Source: an uncultured Clostridia bacterium
GTDB lineage: Bacteria; Bacillota; Clostridia; TANB77; CAG-508
Direction of reading: 5' to 3'
DNA: 57,463 bases
NCBI GenBank assembly: GCA_947631025.1
Contig: CANRKA010000003.1
Coordinates: 1 to 57,463 of the forward strand
In this document: positions 30,315-41,496 of the stretch, piece after piece
Layout of the letters: each line of letters opens with the position of its first letter
Numbering within the stretch: position 1 is the stretch's first letter
The notes under the pieces: generated by a model
Database searches by the model: none
Told to the model about the DNA's origin: nothing
The model's input: only the letters and a program-made list of their open reading frames with translations
Position numbers and translations under genes: made by a program

Positions 30315-32345
30315 TTATTTTTGTTCTATAGGTTCATAACGTGCTTCTAAAGTTGCTTCAAAGTATCTCCAGTCAGCTTTAACTTTAGTGTCTTTAGTTA
30401 TTTCTTTATTTGTACCTTTATTGTACCATCCTACAAATTTATAACCTGGTTTTGGATTTGGTGCTTCTTGAGTAAATACATAATCTGCATCTATCATAGC
30501 ATTTGGAATTAATAATCCCTGTCCGTCAAATCCATCACACTTTTCTGTATCTGCTTCGAAGTATACCCACCAGCATGCACGTATTCTATGTGGTTCATCA
30601 TCTTTAAGCCAAATTATTTTACCATTTTCATATTTGTAATTTTCTGCAGCCCATTTATTTGTCCAACAAGGAGCTTTTACACCACATACTGTACAACGTG
30701 CTGTTACATAATCATCTGTACTCCATGTATGACCTGTACCTGCACTAACAGTTGCTTTAGGGTCTAGTTGACCACATTTTTTACATTGTCTATAAATAAT
30801 TGTACCACCACATTTTGAAAATTCTGTTTCTACAGTATCTTTCCATTCATGACGGTCTTCAGAACATTTAATTGAAACTGTTTTTGTTGCTTTACATACT
30901 TCACATGTAGCAATTCCTTGACCATCTTCTGCACAAGTAGGTTCAACTGTTACAGAAGTTAAATTATATTTATGTCCAGATTTAGCTATTGGAGTAATCA
31001 TATGTTTATGAGTACATCCCTCTCTTGTACAATGTATAGATTTATATCCTACAGTTTCACAAGTAGCTTCTTCATCAACAGTATATGTTTTAGCATATGC
31101 ATGACCTAATGCTTTTTGATATACTACTGTTTCTGTTTCACCACAAGTTAAACATTTTCTTGTTTTAGTTCCATTTTCTGTACAAGTAGCTTCATTATCA
31201 ATTTCGTATTCTCCCCAGTTGTGGCCAGTTGCTTTTAATACTACTGGATTTTTCTTTTCGCTACATCTACTACAAGCAATGTATTCTACACCATCTTGTG
31301 TACAAGTTGGTTCAATACGTGTAGTTTCGCTATTCCAATCATGACCTAATTTTTTAATAATATTAAATTCAACATGGTCTTTACAGTCTACACATTCATA
31401 CATTTTTTTACCATCTTGTGTACAAGTTGCTTCTACGTCTTTTTCTGGTGTCCTTACAAGATTATGTTTAGCACCTATTAATCTTGTTTCTGTTTCACCA
31501 CAAACAGTACAAGTTCTTGTTTCTTTACCATTTGTGTAACATGTAGGTTCTACTTCTGTTACCCAGTTTGAATAGCTATGAGTATGAGCAGCTTTTGCCT
31601 TAGCTTCTGCTTCAGCTTGTGCCCTAGCTTTTGCTTCGGCTTGTGCTTGTAATTGTGCTTTAGCTTGTTCTTCTGCTTTAGCTCTAGCTTCTGCTTCAGC
31701 TTGCGCTTTAGCTTTTGCTTTTGCACTTTCAGATTCAACTATAACAATTTGGAATGCTTCCATTCTCTTAGATTGCCCTACAGTTCCTGCATAGTTTCCT
31801 TTTACAAGTGCTGTAGAACTCATAGATTTACAAGCAGTAACCCAATTCATCCAACCATAGTCTTGAGCATGAACACGATATTTTATATCGTAATCTTCAA
31901 GTCCTTCTACAACAATTTGGAATGCTTCCACTCTTTTAGATTGTCCTGTTGTTCCTACAAAGTTAGTTAAATATCTATAATTATTATTATCTGCGGTAAC
32001 CCATCCCATCCATCCATAGTCTTGAACATGAGCACGATATTTTATTGTAACTCCAGCTGGAGCTTCAAGATTAATTTCTAAAGCTTCCATTCTTTTAGAT
32101 TGTCCTGTTGTTCCAATAATATCTTTTGAAGAAGGAACTCTCATATTAAGAGCCATTTCATTATAGCTTGCAGTTTTATATACTCTATCCCAACCATAGT
32201 CTTGAACATGAGCACCATATGTTAATTTAGGTTTAACAGTATTTGTGCTTGCAAAAACTTTTGATGGCATTGCAATATTAAAACCTACAGCAATAATTAT
32301 AGTAGCTAAAGAAATACTTAATGTTTTTAAATATTTATTATGCAT
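30315..32345 (-). CDS. secreted multidomain protein: 3 ChW repeats, an A/E/K/Q linker, about 7 Cys-rich modules and a C-terminal Listeria-Bacteroides-type repeat
   Basis: Signal peptide, then three HVQDYGW…GTTGQSKRMEA units (ChW). Next comes AKAQAEAEARAKAEEQ… low complexity, then repeated H…TC..[DN]G…C..C… modules. The C-terminus carries GYKFVGWY. Confidence 0.8.
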   Translation of the reverse strand: MHNKYLKTLSISLATIIIAVGFNIAMPSKVFASTNTVKPKLTYGAHVQDYGWDRVYKTASYNEMALNMRVPSSKDIIGTTGQSKRMEALEINLEAPAGVTIKYRAHVQDYGWMGWVTADNNNYRYLTNFVGTTGQSKRVEAFQIVVEGLEDYDIKYRVHAQDYGWMNWVTACKSMSSTALVKGNYAGTVGQSKRMEAFQIVIVESESAKAKAKAQAEAEARAKAEEQAKAQLQAQAEAKARAQAEAEAKAKAAHTHSYSNWVTEVEPTCYTNGKETRTCTVCGETETRLIGAKHNLVRTPEKDVEATCTQDGKKMYECVDCKDHVEFNIIKKLGHDWNSETTRIEPTCTQDGVEYIACSRCSEKKNPVVLKATGHNWGEYEIDNEATCTENGTKTRKCLTCGETETVVYQKALGHAYAKTYTVDEEATCETVGYKSIHCTREGCTHKHMITPIAKSGHKYNLTSVTVEPTCAEDGQGIATCEVCKATKTVSIKCSEDRHEWKDTVETEFSKCGGTIIYRQCKKCGQLDPKATVSAGTGHTWSTDDYVTARCTVCGVKAPCWTNKWAAENYKYENGKIIWLKDDEPHRIRACWWVYFEADTEKCDGFDGQGLLIPNAMIDADYVFTQEAPNPKPGYKFVGWYNKGTNKEITKDTKVKADWRYFEATLEARYEPIEQK

Positions 32346-32379
32346 AATATTCCCTCCTTTCTATACTTATACACTTTAT

Positions 32380-32408
32380 ATTATAACATTTAATTATATA
32401 GTGTTCAA
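32380..32408 (-). promoter_or_regulatory. sigma-A-type promoter candidate for the ChW-repeat gene
   Basis: Minus sense: TTGAAC, 17 nt, TATAAT. Confidence 0.5.
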
Positions 32409-32435
32409 TTATTTTTATAAAAAAAATTCATTTTT

Positions 32436-34794
32436 TTATTTTATAAAAGTTTTTACTTTTATATTACAGTTTTTATCTACAACTATGCTTATTTCTCCAT
32501 TTTCATCTGTTCTAAAAATCTTACAATTTATCTTTTTTAAAAAATCTATTGTTTTGTTTGATGGATGCCCAAATTTGTTATTTTCTCCTACTCCAATTAG
32601 CGCATATTTAGGCTTTACTTTATTTATAAAATTCTCTGTTGATGATGTTTTAGAGCCATGATGTGCTACTTTTATTACTGTACTTTTTAAAATATTTTCA
32701 TTAACTTCTAAAATTATTTTTTCTTCTGCTACTTTTTCAATATCACCTGTAAAAAGCATACTAAATTTTTTATAATTTAATTTCATAAGTAATGAATTGT
32801 TATTTATAATATTTTCTGTTATGTTACTGTTTTCCATAGGCCATATTACATCAAAATATAACCCTTTTTCTATATTTATTTTTGAATCTGCCACAACAGT
32901 TTTTACTTTTATATTTTTCTGTTTTACAATTTGTAAAAATTTATTATAATTCTCACTTTTCTCAAATTGCTTTCCTATAATTACTTGACTTACCTTTATA
33001 TTTTCAAGTAAATAAAATATTCCAAGGCAATGGTCAGAATCCATATGCGTAATTATTGCATAATCTAATTTATTTATTTTTCTGTTTAATAAATATGGTA
33101 ATAATGTTTTTTCTCCAACATTAAAACTTCCTGTTTCTCCTCCTCCATCTATTAAAATTGTTTTATTATGTGGTGTTACAATTAATGTGCTATCGCCGTT
33201 GACCTACGTCTATAAAATATATTTTTAAATTTTTTGGAATTACTAACTCAGATATAAAAATTATTGAAATAATTAAAGCTATGGAAATAATTTTATATTT
33301 ATTTAAAATTATCTTTTTTATTATTCTAATTCTTCTTATTTTGCTTATATTTAGGAAAAATACAACTAAGGCAAACATTATATAGTATAATATTAAAATA
33401 TAATTAGAAGGTATTTTCATGTATATATGAGCTAAAGGCAAATTTGAAGAAAGCTTAGATATATAAATTAATAAATTTAAGATTAAATTAAGTATATTTG
33501 CTACAAAATTTGCTATATTTAAAGGAGCTAAAATAAATATAAATCCCAAAATAATTATTATTCCTAATAATGGGGATGCAAGTAAATTAGAAATAATAAA
33601 TGATATACTAATTGTTCCAAAATTTTTAAGTATTATAGGAAATATAGCAATTTGGGCACATATAGAAACAAATATAATTGACTTTATAGAATTTAGTATT
33701 TTTGTTTTTCCTTCTTTATAAAAATACTTCATAAACACTACTATTCCTACTGTTCCTCCAAATGATAACTGAAAAGATAAACTATTTATATTAAATGGAT
33801 TTTGTATTAATAACATAAGTATACTAAAACATATTATGCAATATGTGTCTGGATTTTTATATATTAAGTATGAAAAAATTATTAATATAGCAGATATGCA
33901 GGCCCTTACAACAGAAATTTGAAAATTAGTTAAAAACATAAAAAATATTAAAATACATATTGAAATAATTTTTCCTTTTCTTTTTGATATTTTAGATTTT
34001 TCTATTATAAAAGATATTCCTAATATTACGTATGTAACGTGTGCTCCAGATATTGCTATCATATGTGAAAGATTACTTTGCTTAAAATCTTCAATTATCT
34101 CTTGTTTAATATTGCTTTTATCTCCTAATATCATTCCAATTAATAAATTTCCTGTTTCTTCTGGCAAAATATTTTTAATTTTATTTTGCATTCTTTCGTT
34201 TAAATTGTTTGCTACATAAAAAAATACATTTACATTATTTTCTTTAATTATTTTGGGCTTTTCTTTTAATGTAGCTATTCCATATATTTTTAAAGTTTTT
34301 AAATATTCTTTATAATCAAAACCTTTATAATTTCTCTGTATAGCTGGCTTATTATATGTTATTTTTGCATTTACTAAGTTTCCATATCTTAAATCTATAT
34401 CTTTTTCTACATACAAATATAAATATGTATTTTTATATTTACTACTACCATTTAATTTTATTATTTTTACTTTATATACATTTTTATTTTCTTTTTCCAC
34501 TTTTCTACTTACAACTATTGCTTTTATTTTTGCATCTTCTATATCTTTATATAGATTATTGTATTTGTAATTTTCATATATGGTAATTGTATTTGAGAAT
34601 ATTGAAGAAATTATTAATGTTATTACAACACTCTTTTTTATATAAAATTTAAAATATATATTTTTAGTTTTTTTTAAATAAATTATATATATTGGATATA
34701 AAAAAATTATGGGGATTATACTTATTTTCAAGTATGCTCCCCATAATATTCCTATTATATATCCCAACGTTATTACTAATATTGGTCTTTTCAT
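32436..34794 (-). CDS. comEC: DNA internalization-related competence protein ComEC/Rec2; reading frame interrupted, +1 at in-frame CGG 33196..33198
   Basis: Track ORF 33190..34794 is the polytopic competence domain and ends …IYFIDVGQRR*. Skipping the C gives DVGQ-GDSTLIVTPHNKTILIDGGGGETGS…ITHMDSDH, the metallo-beta-lactamase domain. That frame continues into track ORF 32436..33044. Confidence 0.9.
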
Positions 34795-34855
34795 TTATTT
34801 TCCTTTTTTAAAAAATTTTTAGATTTCCTAAGTTTCTAACTTCTTAAATATAAAT

Positions 34856-36157
34856 TTATATTACTCTTCTAGCTGTTACATATCTAGATGAATAGTAACC
34901 TGTTGACATTGATGTTATTTTTACTCCATCGCTTGGATTTGATGCGTGTATAAATTGATTTCCCCCTATGTAAATTCCTACATGCCCTACTGAATTTCCA
35001 GATTCTCCTTTAAATATTACTAAATCTCCTGGTTGTAGGTTAGATTTACTTACTTCTGTTCCAACACTCGCTTGTGCACTTGCTGAATGTGGTAAATTTA
35101 CACCATACTTTTTATATATATATCTTGTAAATCCTGAACAGTCAAAGCCTTTTGATGGTGATTCTCCACCAGAAACATATTTTGTTCCTAAATAAGTTTT
35201 TGCATATGATACTATATCTGTTGCTGCTAAGGATTCTGTGTTTGCCTCTGTTCTTGTCTTTTCTGTTCCTCTATTAGTTGTATTTGTGCTATTAGAGTTT
35301 TCTTCTACTTCTTTATCTGATAAATATTTGCTAGATATATATCCTGTTTCTCCATTTACAGTTACTTTTGACCAGTCACCTTCTGTTCCATTTACTGTAA
35401 CTTTTGTGTTTTTACTTATAGTTTTTATTATTTCACCATCTGAACTTGCACTTTTTCTTAAATTAACCTTTTCAGATGTATATTTTATAATATTTGTTTC
35501 TTCTTCCTTAGATTCTTCTTGAGCTTCTTGCTCTTCTGGTTGTTCTTGCTTTTCTTTCTTAACTTCTGATTGCGTTGGTAATTTTTCTTCTCTTATCCAT
35601 CCTGAAGTTGTACCTGTAGTAATATAATACCAACCATTTATATAATCTAATACAACTGCCTGTGTATTTGCTGGAATTGTACTTATATCGCTTGAATTAA
35701 TTAGTGGAACTAATCTAATTTGTATGTCTTGTGAAAAAACAACATTTGAAGATATTTCTAAGTTTGTTTGTTCATTTTCACTTTCTTCTGCTACATTTTC
35801 ACTTGTTTGTGTTTTAGTTTCACTTTCTTCTGCTACAGTTTCATTTGCTTCTGCTGCATTTTCATTATCTGTATTTTCTTCTTTCTTTTCGCTACTATCT
35901 ACATATTGTGCAAATATGTATCCTGTTTTTCCGTTGTATTTAACTTTGTACCATTGACCTTTCTCTTCAATAATTTCTACTTTTTCATCTTGTGATACTA
36001 AAGTTACTACTTTTGATTCTGTACTTGCTTCTGCTCTTAATTTTACAGTTTCTGTATTAATAATTCCTGTATTTGTAGCAAAGCACGTTGAACCTATCAT
36101 TAATAGTCCGCTTGTTAGTCCTGCAATTAGTATATTTTTAACATTGTTTTTTAACAT
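34856..36157 (-). CDS. SH3b-repeat NlpC/P60 (C40) cell-wall peptidase
   Basis: Signal peptide and three SH3b-like units (…GWIRE…, GYISSKYL). The C-terminal domain has FDCSGFTRYIYKKYG…GHVGIYIG…FIHA. Confidence 0.85.
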   Translation of the reverse strand: MLKNNVKNILIAGLTSGLLMIGSTCFATNTGIINTETVKLRAEASTESKVVTLVSQDEKVEIIEEKGQWYKVKYNGKTGYIFAQYVDSSEKKEENTDNENAAEANETVAEESETKTQTSENVAEESENEQTNLEISSNVVFSQDIQIRLVPLINSSDISTIPANTQAVVLDYINGWYYITTGTTSGWIREEKLPTQSEVKKEKQEQPEEQEAQEESKEEETNIIKYTSEKVNLRKSASSDGEIIKTISKNTKVTVNGTEGDWSKVTVNGETGYISSKYLSDKEVEENSNSTNTTNRGTEKTRTEANTESLAATDIVSYAKTYLGTKYVSGGESPSKGFDCSGFTRYIYKKYGVNLPHSASAQASVGTEVSKSNLQPGDLVIFKGESGNSVGHVGIYIGGNQFIHASNPSDGVKITSMSTGYYSSRYVTARRVI

Positions 36158-36291
36158 CCTTTTTCTCCTTTATTTAGGTAAACATTTTTTATATAATTTT
36201 CTTTGCAAAGTATATACTTAATTTTAAAAAAAGTCAATTTAAAATTGACTTTTTTTAAGGATTAAATTATAAAATTTTTTATTTAATTATT

Positions 36292-36957
36292 TCATTGTAA
36301 AGTATACTGATTAATATCTGGTTCTACGAAGATATCATCACTAACATTATCAAATTCATATTCTCTTTCATAAGTTTCACTATCTATTACCATTTTCATA
36401 CATAAACCAGTATCTTTGTCTAAATATACTTCGTTTTTATCTGAGCCTGTAAGAAATGTTGGAGATTTATAATTTGCTACCATATAACAATTTTTGTTAT
36501 TATAATCTATATTTTTTATTCTAGCAAAAGTACAAGCAAATAAAGTTTGCCATATATTATCTGTTTCTAAACAATTATATATACTAACCGTTAAAGAACT
36601 TTCTGTATTCAATTTTGCTGTTTTTACATCTTTGGTATCCCAAAATATATCTACTCCTTCACCATTATTATACATAGACATTTTAGAAAGTTCATCATTT
36701 TTATATCTTTCTAGAACAACTACCTCTTTATCATCTTTTTTATAATAATTTACTACTATTTTTAAATCCTTATTTTTATCATCAGTTTGATTTATTTTAA
36801 TATGATAATTTGTTGAATCAAGATAAGTAGAGATATTTTTTTCCACTTTTTTAACTATTATATAATTTTTCATTATATGTATTAAAGATAAAACTAAAGC
36901 TATCGAAATTATTATTAGTAATATTATTAATATTTTTTTTACTATTTTCTTTTTCAT
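36292..36957 (-). CDS. membrane-anchored hypothetical protein, last gene of the metal operon
   Basis: 221 aa with an N-terminal TM segment. Its start overlaps the copA stop by 4 nt (ATGA). Confidence 0.55.
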   Translation of the reverse strand: MKKKIVKKILIILLIIISIALVLSLIHIMKNYIIVKKVEKNISTYLDSTNYHIKINQTDDKNKDLKIVVNYYKKDDKEVVVLERYKNDELSKMSMYNNGEGVDIFWDTKDVKTAKLNTESSLTVSIYNCLETDNIWQTLFACTFARIKNIDYNNKNCYMVANYKSPTFLTGSDKNEVYLDKDTGLCMKMVIDSETYEREYEFDNVSDDIFVEPDINQYTLQ

Positions 36958-39164
36958 AAAAAGTACCTCCCATTTAACCTTAAGGTATTTAATATTACAG
37001 TTAGACTACTAAATACCATACTTATACTTGCTATCATTGGATTTATAGATATTCCTATTGGTTTTAATATGCCTATTGCAATAGGTATCATTAATAAATT
37101 ATAAAAAAAGGCCCAAAATAAATTTTGTTTTATAATTTTCGTTGTTTTCTTACTTATATCAATAAGCTTTATTATACTAGTTAAGTTATTTTTTGTTAAA
37201 ATAACATCAGAAGAGTCCATTGCTATATCTGTTCCACTTTTTACACTTACTCCTATATTAGATGTAGCAAGTGCAGGGCTATCATTTATTCCATCTCCAC
37301 ACATCATAACATACTTGCCCTGTAGTGTCAACTTTTTAATAACTTTTGTTTTTTCAGTTGGTATCACATTTGCAATAACTTTTTTTATACCTATATCTTT
37401 TGCAATTTTTTCTGCTGTTTCATTATTATCTCCTGTTAGCATAATTGTATCAATATTTCGTTCATTTAAAGTATTTATTACTATTTTGCTATTATCTCTA
37501 ACTATGTCATTTACGCCAATTAATGCAATTAGTTTTTCATTTTGAACAATATATATAATGCTATTTCCCTGTTTTGCCATTTCACTTTCTTCCACATTAT
37601 ATACATTTTTAATATGATAATTTTCTAATATTTTACTATTTCCTAAAATATATCTATTATTATTAACTTTACCAATAACTCCAAATCCTGCAACATTTTC
37701 AAATTCTTTAACTTCTATTTTTTTTAAGTTATGTTCTTCTAGGTAATCTATAAATGCTTTTCCTATTGGGTGCGTAGATTTACTTTCAATACTTCCAACT
37801 ATTTGTAGTAATTGTGTATCATTTATATCACTATAATTCTTTATTTTAGATATTTTTAACTTACCATAAGTTAATGTACCTGTTTTATCAAAAACAATTG
37901 TATTTACTTTTTGAGCATTTTCTAATATTTCACTTTTCTTAATTAAAATACCATTTATAGCACATTTTCCTTCTGATACAACAATTGCAAGAGGCGTTGC
38001 TAAACCTAAACTACAAGGACAAGCTACTACTAATATTGTTACAAATGTTACTAGACTCTCTGTAAATCCAAATCCCAAAATTAAATAAATAATAAAAACT
38101 ATAATTGCAATTACTGCTACTGTTGGAACAAAGTAACCAGAAACTGTATCTGCGATTTTACTAATTGGTGCTTTTGTATTACTTGCCTCTACAACTAATC
38201 TTACTATTTCTGATATTGTAGAGTCTTTCCCTATTCTCTCTGCCCTATATTCTATATATCCATCATAATTTATGCTTCCTGCAATTACTTTTTCTTCTAC
38301 AGTTTTACTAATCGGTCTACTCTCTCCTGTAATAAAAGATTCATCTAAATGAGCTTTTCCACTTATTATTTCTCCATCTACCGAAATTTTTTCTCCAGGT
38401 TTACCTATAACTATATCTCCTTTATGTACTTCATCTATAGTAACTTCTTTTTCTGTATCTCCTACTTTAATTGTAGCTTTTTCTGGAGTAATTTCTACTA
38501 ATTTTTGAATTGCCTCTTTAGTTTTATCTTTACTAATTCCCTCAATATATCTTCCAAGCTTTACAAAATAAATTACCATTACAACTGATTCAAAATATAA
38601 ATTATGAATTGCTGTGTGATTTCCATTTAAAATTAATATCATATTATATATACTATATCCAAAACTACTAATTACTCCTATACCTACAAGAGTGTCCATA
38701 TTAGGTGTTTTGTGAATTAAGTTTTTATATCCACTTTTTATAATATCAAAACCATAAATAAGAAATATTATTGTAAATACAAATAAACATATTGTATAAC
38801 CAGTAGGATTCTTAGCTATATCAATAGCTTCTATTATTGGTAGATTTATCATATGCCCCATTGCAACATACATAAATAAAACTACAAAAATTGTAAAACA
38901 TATAAATTTTACCTTTTCTTTTTTGCTTTTTCTTTCAATTTTAATTTCTTTAAATTCTCCTAAACTTTTAAATCCTGCCTTTTTTACAAATTCATTAAGA
39001 TTGTCAATATTTAAGATTTTTTCATCATATTCAATACTAGCATTTGCCATTACTAAATTAACAGTAGCCTGTTTTATTCCACTTTGCTTATTTAGGTATT
39101 TTTCAAGGCCATTTGAACAAGCACTACAAGTCATTCCTTCTATAGATAAGACAATTTTTTTCAT
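36954..39164 (-). CDS. copA: copper-translocating P1B-type ATPase
   Basis: N-terminal HMA domain GMTCSACS, CPC motif ACPCSLGLATP, DKTGTLT and GDGINDSPAL. Confidence 0.9.
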   Translation of the reverse strand: MKKIVLSIEGMTCSACSNGLEKYLNKQSGIKQATVNLVMANASIEYDEKILNIDNLNEFVKKAGFKSLGEFKEIKIERKSKKEKVKFICFTIFVVLFMYVAMGHMINLPIIEAIDIAKNPTGYTICLFVFTIIFLIYGFDIIKSGYKNLIHKTPNMDTLVGIGVISSFGYSIYNMILILNGNHTAIHNLYFESVVMVIYFVKLGRYIEGISKDKTKEAIQKLVEITPEKATIKVGDTEKEVTIDEVHKGDIVIGKPGEKISVDGEIISGKAHLDESFITGESRPISKTVEEKVIAGSINYDGYIEYRAERIGKDSTISEIVRLVVEASNTKAPISKIADTVSGYFVPTVAVIAIIVFIIYLILGFGFTESLVTFVTILVVACPCSLGLATPLAIVVSEGKCAINGILIKKSEILENAQKVNTIVFDKTGTLTYGKLKISKIKNYSDINDTQLLQIVGSIESKSTHPIGKAFIDYLEEHNLKKIEVKEFENVAGFGVIGKVNNNRYILGNSKILENYHIKNVYNVEESEMAKQGNSIIYIVQNEKLIALIGVNDIVRDNSKIVINTLNERNIDTIMLTGDNNETAEKIAKDIGIKKVIANVIPTEKTKVIKKLTLQGKYVMMCGDGINDSPALATSNIGVSVKSGTDIAMDSSDVILTKNNLTSIIKLIDISKKTTKIIKQNLFWAFFYNLLMIPIAIGILKPIGISINPMIASISMVFSSLTVILNTLRLNGRYFL

Positions 39165-39166
39165 AC

Positions 39167-39379
39167 TTAATCTTCCTTTACTATTTCAAATCCAATATCG
39201 TTTATTGTATTTTCAATTGTTTCTCTTTTAACATCTATATTAGTAATAACTTTTACTAAGCCTGTTTTAAAATTAGCCTCAACCTTTTCTACTCCATCTA
39301 TTGTGCTTAAAGCATTTTTTATTCTATTTTCACATCCTCCACAAGACATACCTTTTACATTTATTATTATTTCTTTCAT
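39167..39379 (-). CDS. copZ: copper chaperone CopZ-like HMA protein
   Basis: 70 aa with GMSCGGCENRI. Confidence 0.8.
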   Translation of the reverse strand: MKEIIINVKGMSCGGCENRIKNALSTIDGVEKVEANFKTGLVKVITNIDVKRETIENTINDIGFEIVKED

Positions 39380-39397
39380 TATATTTCCTCCTTAAAA

Positions 39398-41245
39398 TTA
39401 TTTTATATTTTTTACTATTAAAGCTCTTAAAGCATTTATTATAGCAATAATTGAAACACCTACATCAGCAAAAACTGCCCACCACATTGTAGATAATCCT
39501 AATGCTGTTAAAATTAATATTAAAATTTTAACAAATATTGCAAATACAATATTTTCTTTAACAATAATCATTGTTTTTTTAGATAATTTTATTGCTTTTA
39601 AAATCTTTGATGGTTCATCTGTCATAATTACAATATCTGCTGCTTCTATTGCACTATCGGCTCCAAGTCCTCCCATAGCTATTCCTATATCTGCTAAAGC
39701 AAGAACAGGACTATCGTTTATTCCATCTCCTACAAAAGCTAATTTACCTTTTTCAGATTTTGCTTTCAATAATTCTTCTACCTTTTTTACCTTTCCATCA
39801 GGTAATAATTCTGTATAAACTTTATCTAATCCTAACTTTTTAGCAACTGATTCTCCAACAGATTTTTTATCTCCAGTAAGCATTACTGTTTGCTTTATTC
39901 CATTTTTCTTTAATTCCTTTATTGTTTTTTTAGAATCTTCTTTTTCTTTATCTGCTATTAAAATATACCCTGCATATTTTCCTTCTACAGCCACATATAA
40001 AATTGTACCTACATCATTACATTTACTAAAAGGAATATTTTTTTCATTCATTAATTTTTCATTACCAACTAGTACATCCTTTTTATCAATTATAGCTGAT
40101 ATTCCTAATCCTGGCAACTCTTGTGTTTTAATAATTTGATTTTCATCAATTTCTTTTCCATAAGCCTTTTTTATAGATTTCGAAATAGGATGATTTGAGT
40201 AATTTTCACTATATGCAGTAAGTTTTAGCAATTCCTCTTGCGAAATATCTATTGCTTTTATCTTTTGAACTTCAAATACACCTTTTGTTAAAGTACCTGT
40301 TTTATCAAATACCATTGTTTCAACTTTTGATAAAGCCTCTAAATAATTACTTCCTTTAATTAATATTCCCATTTTTGAAGCTCCACCTATTCCACCAAAA
40401 AAGCTTAATGGAATTGATATTACCAATGCACAAGGGCAAGAAACAACTAAAAATGATAATGCTCTATATAGCCACACTGAGAAATCTTGACTCTCTATTA
40501 AAAGTGGTGGAATAATTGCAAGTAATAAAGCTATAACTACAACCAAAGGAGTATATACCAAAGCAAATTTTGTAATAAAATTTTCTGACTTTGACTTTCT
40601 ACTACTTGCATTTTCTACTAAATCTAATATTTTGCTTACTGTTGACTCTCCATATTCTTTAGTAACTTTTAATTTAATAACTCCATTTATATTTATACAT
40701 CCACTTAAAACTTCTTCTCCTTCAAAAGCTTCTCTTGGTAAACTCTCACCTGTTAAAGCCTTTGTGTCTAAAGTTGTTTTTCCTTCTATTACATAGCCAT
40801 CTAATGGTACTTTTTCTCCTGGCTTTACTATTATTGTTTCTCCTATCTTTACTTCATTTGGACTAACCTTTTCCTCTTTATTATTTCTATATACATTTGC
40901 ATAATCTGGTCTTATATCCATTAAGCTTGATACAGATTTCCTTGATTTATTAACTGCATAACTTTGAAATAATTCTCCTATTTGATAAAACAACATTACA
41001 GCCACTGCTTCCGGAAATTCACCAATTCCAAATGCTCCTATTGTTGCAACTGTCATCAAAAAGTTTTCATCAAATATCTTCCCCCTAAACACATTTCTTA
41101 ATGCTTTTTTTAATATTTCATATCCAACAATAATATAACTTAGAATAAAAATTGCATTGTTAATCCAAATATTATCAAATTTTACAACAATAGAAAAAAC
41201 ATACAAAATAAGTGCAATAATTATTTTTATTATCCTTTTTTTCAT
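39398..41245 (-). CDS. cadA: Cd/Zn-type heavy-metal-translocating P1B ATPase lacking a fused HMA domain
   Basis: SCPCALVISIP, DKTGTLT and GDGINDSPVLA. Confidence 0.85.
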   Translation of the reverse strand: MKKRIIKIIIALILYVFSIVVKFDNIWINNAIFILSYIIVGYEILKKALRNVFRGKIFDENFLMTVATIGAFGIGEFPEAVAVMLFYQIGELFQSYAVNKSRKSVSSLMDIRPDYANVYRNNKEEKVSPNEVKIGETIIVKPGEKVPLDGYVIEGKTTLDTKALTGESLPREAFEGEEVLSGCININGVIKLKVTKEYGESTVSKILDLVENASSRKSKSENFITKFALVYTPLVVVIALLLAIIPPLLIESQDFSVWLYRALSFLVVSCPCALVISIPLSFFGGIGGASKMGILIKGSNYLEALSKVETMVFDKTGTLTKGVFEVQKIKAIDISQEELLKLTAYSENYSNHPISKSIKKAYGKEIDENQIIKTQELPGLGISAIIDKKDVLVGNEKLMNEKNIPFSKCNDVGTILYVAVEGKYAGYILIADKEKEDSKKTIKELKKNGIKQTVMLTGDKKSVGESVAKKLGLDKVYTELLPDGKVKKVEELLKAKSEKGKLAFVGDGINDSPVLALADIGIAMGGLGADSAIEAADIVIMTDEPSKILKAIKLSKKTMIIVKENIVFAIFVKILILILTALGLSTMWWAVFADVGVSIIAIINALRALIVKNIK

Positions 41246-41257
41246 AGTACGTTCCTC

Positions 41258-41479
41258 CTATATTTTCTCTATCGTTACATCTGGCTCTTGTCTTTTTATT
41301 ACCTTTTTTACTTTCTCTATAATTTCTTCTTTGTTGTTTTCAGCATATTCTATGTCCATTTTTTGTGTCAAAAAATTAATATTAACACTTATTACTCCAT
41401 CTATTTTTCTTATTGCCCTTTCTAATTCTGATGCACAATTTGCACAATCTAACCCATTTATTCTAAACTTACTATTCAT
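41258..41479 (-). CDS. stand-alone heavy-metal-associated (HMA) domain protein
   Basis: 73 aa with GLDCANCASELE. It is separated from cadA by one in-frame TAG plus 12 nt that contain the cadA RBS. Confidence 0.75.
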   Translation of the reverse strand: MNSKFRINGLDCANCASELERAIRKIDGVISVNINFLTQKMDIEYAENNKEEIIEKVKKVIKRQEPDVTIEKI

Positions 41480-41496
41480 TTTAAAAACTCCTTATA

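Noticed and set aside
41258-41260. In-frame TAG between the HMA gene and cadA as a stop-codon readthrough or nonsense mutation
   Set aside because: The TAG is part of a good TAGGAGG RBS placed 8 nt before the cadA ATG. Two separate genes is the simpler reading.
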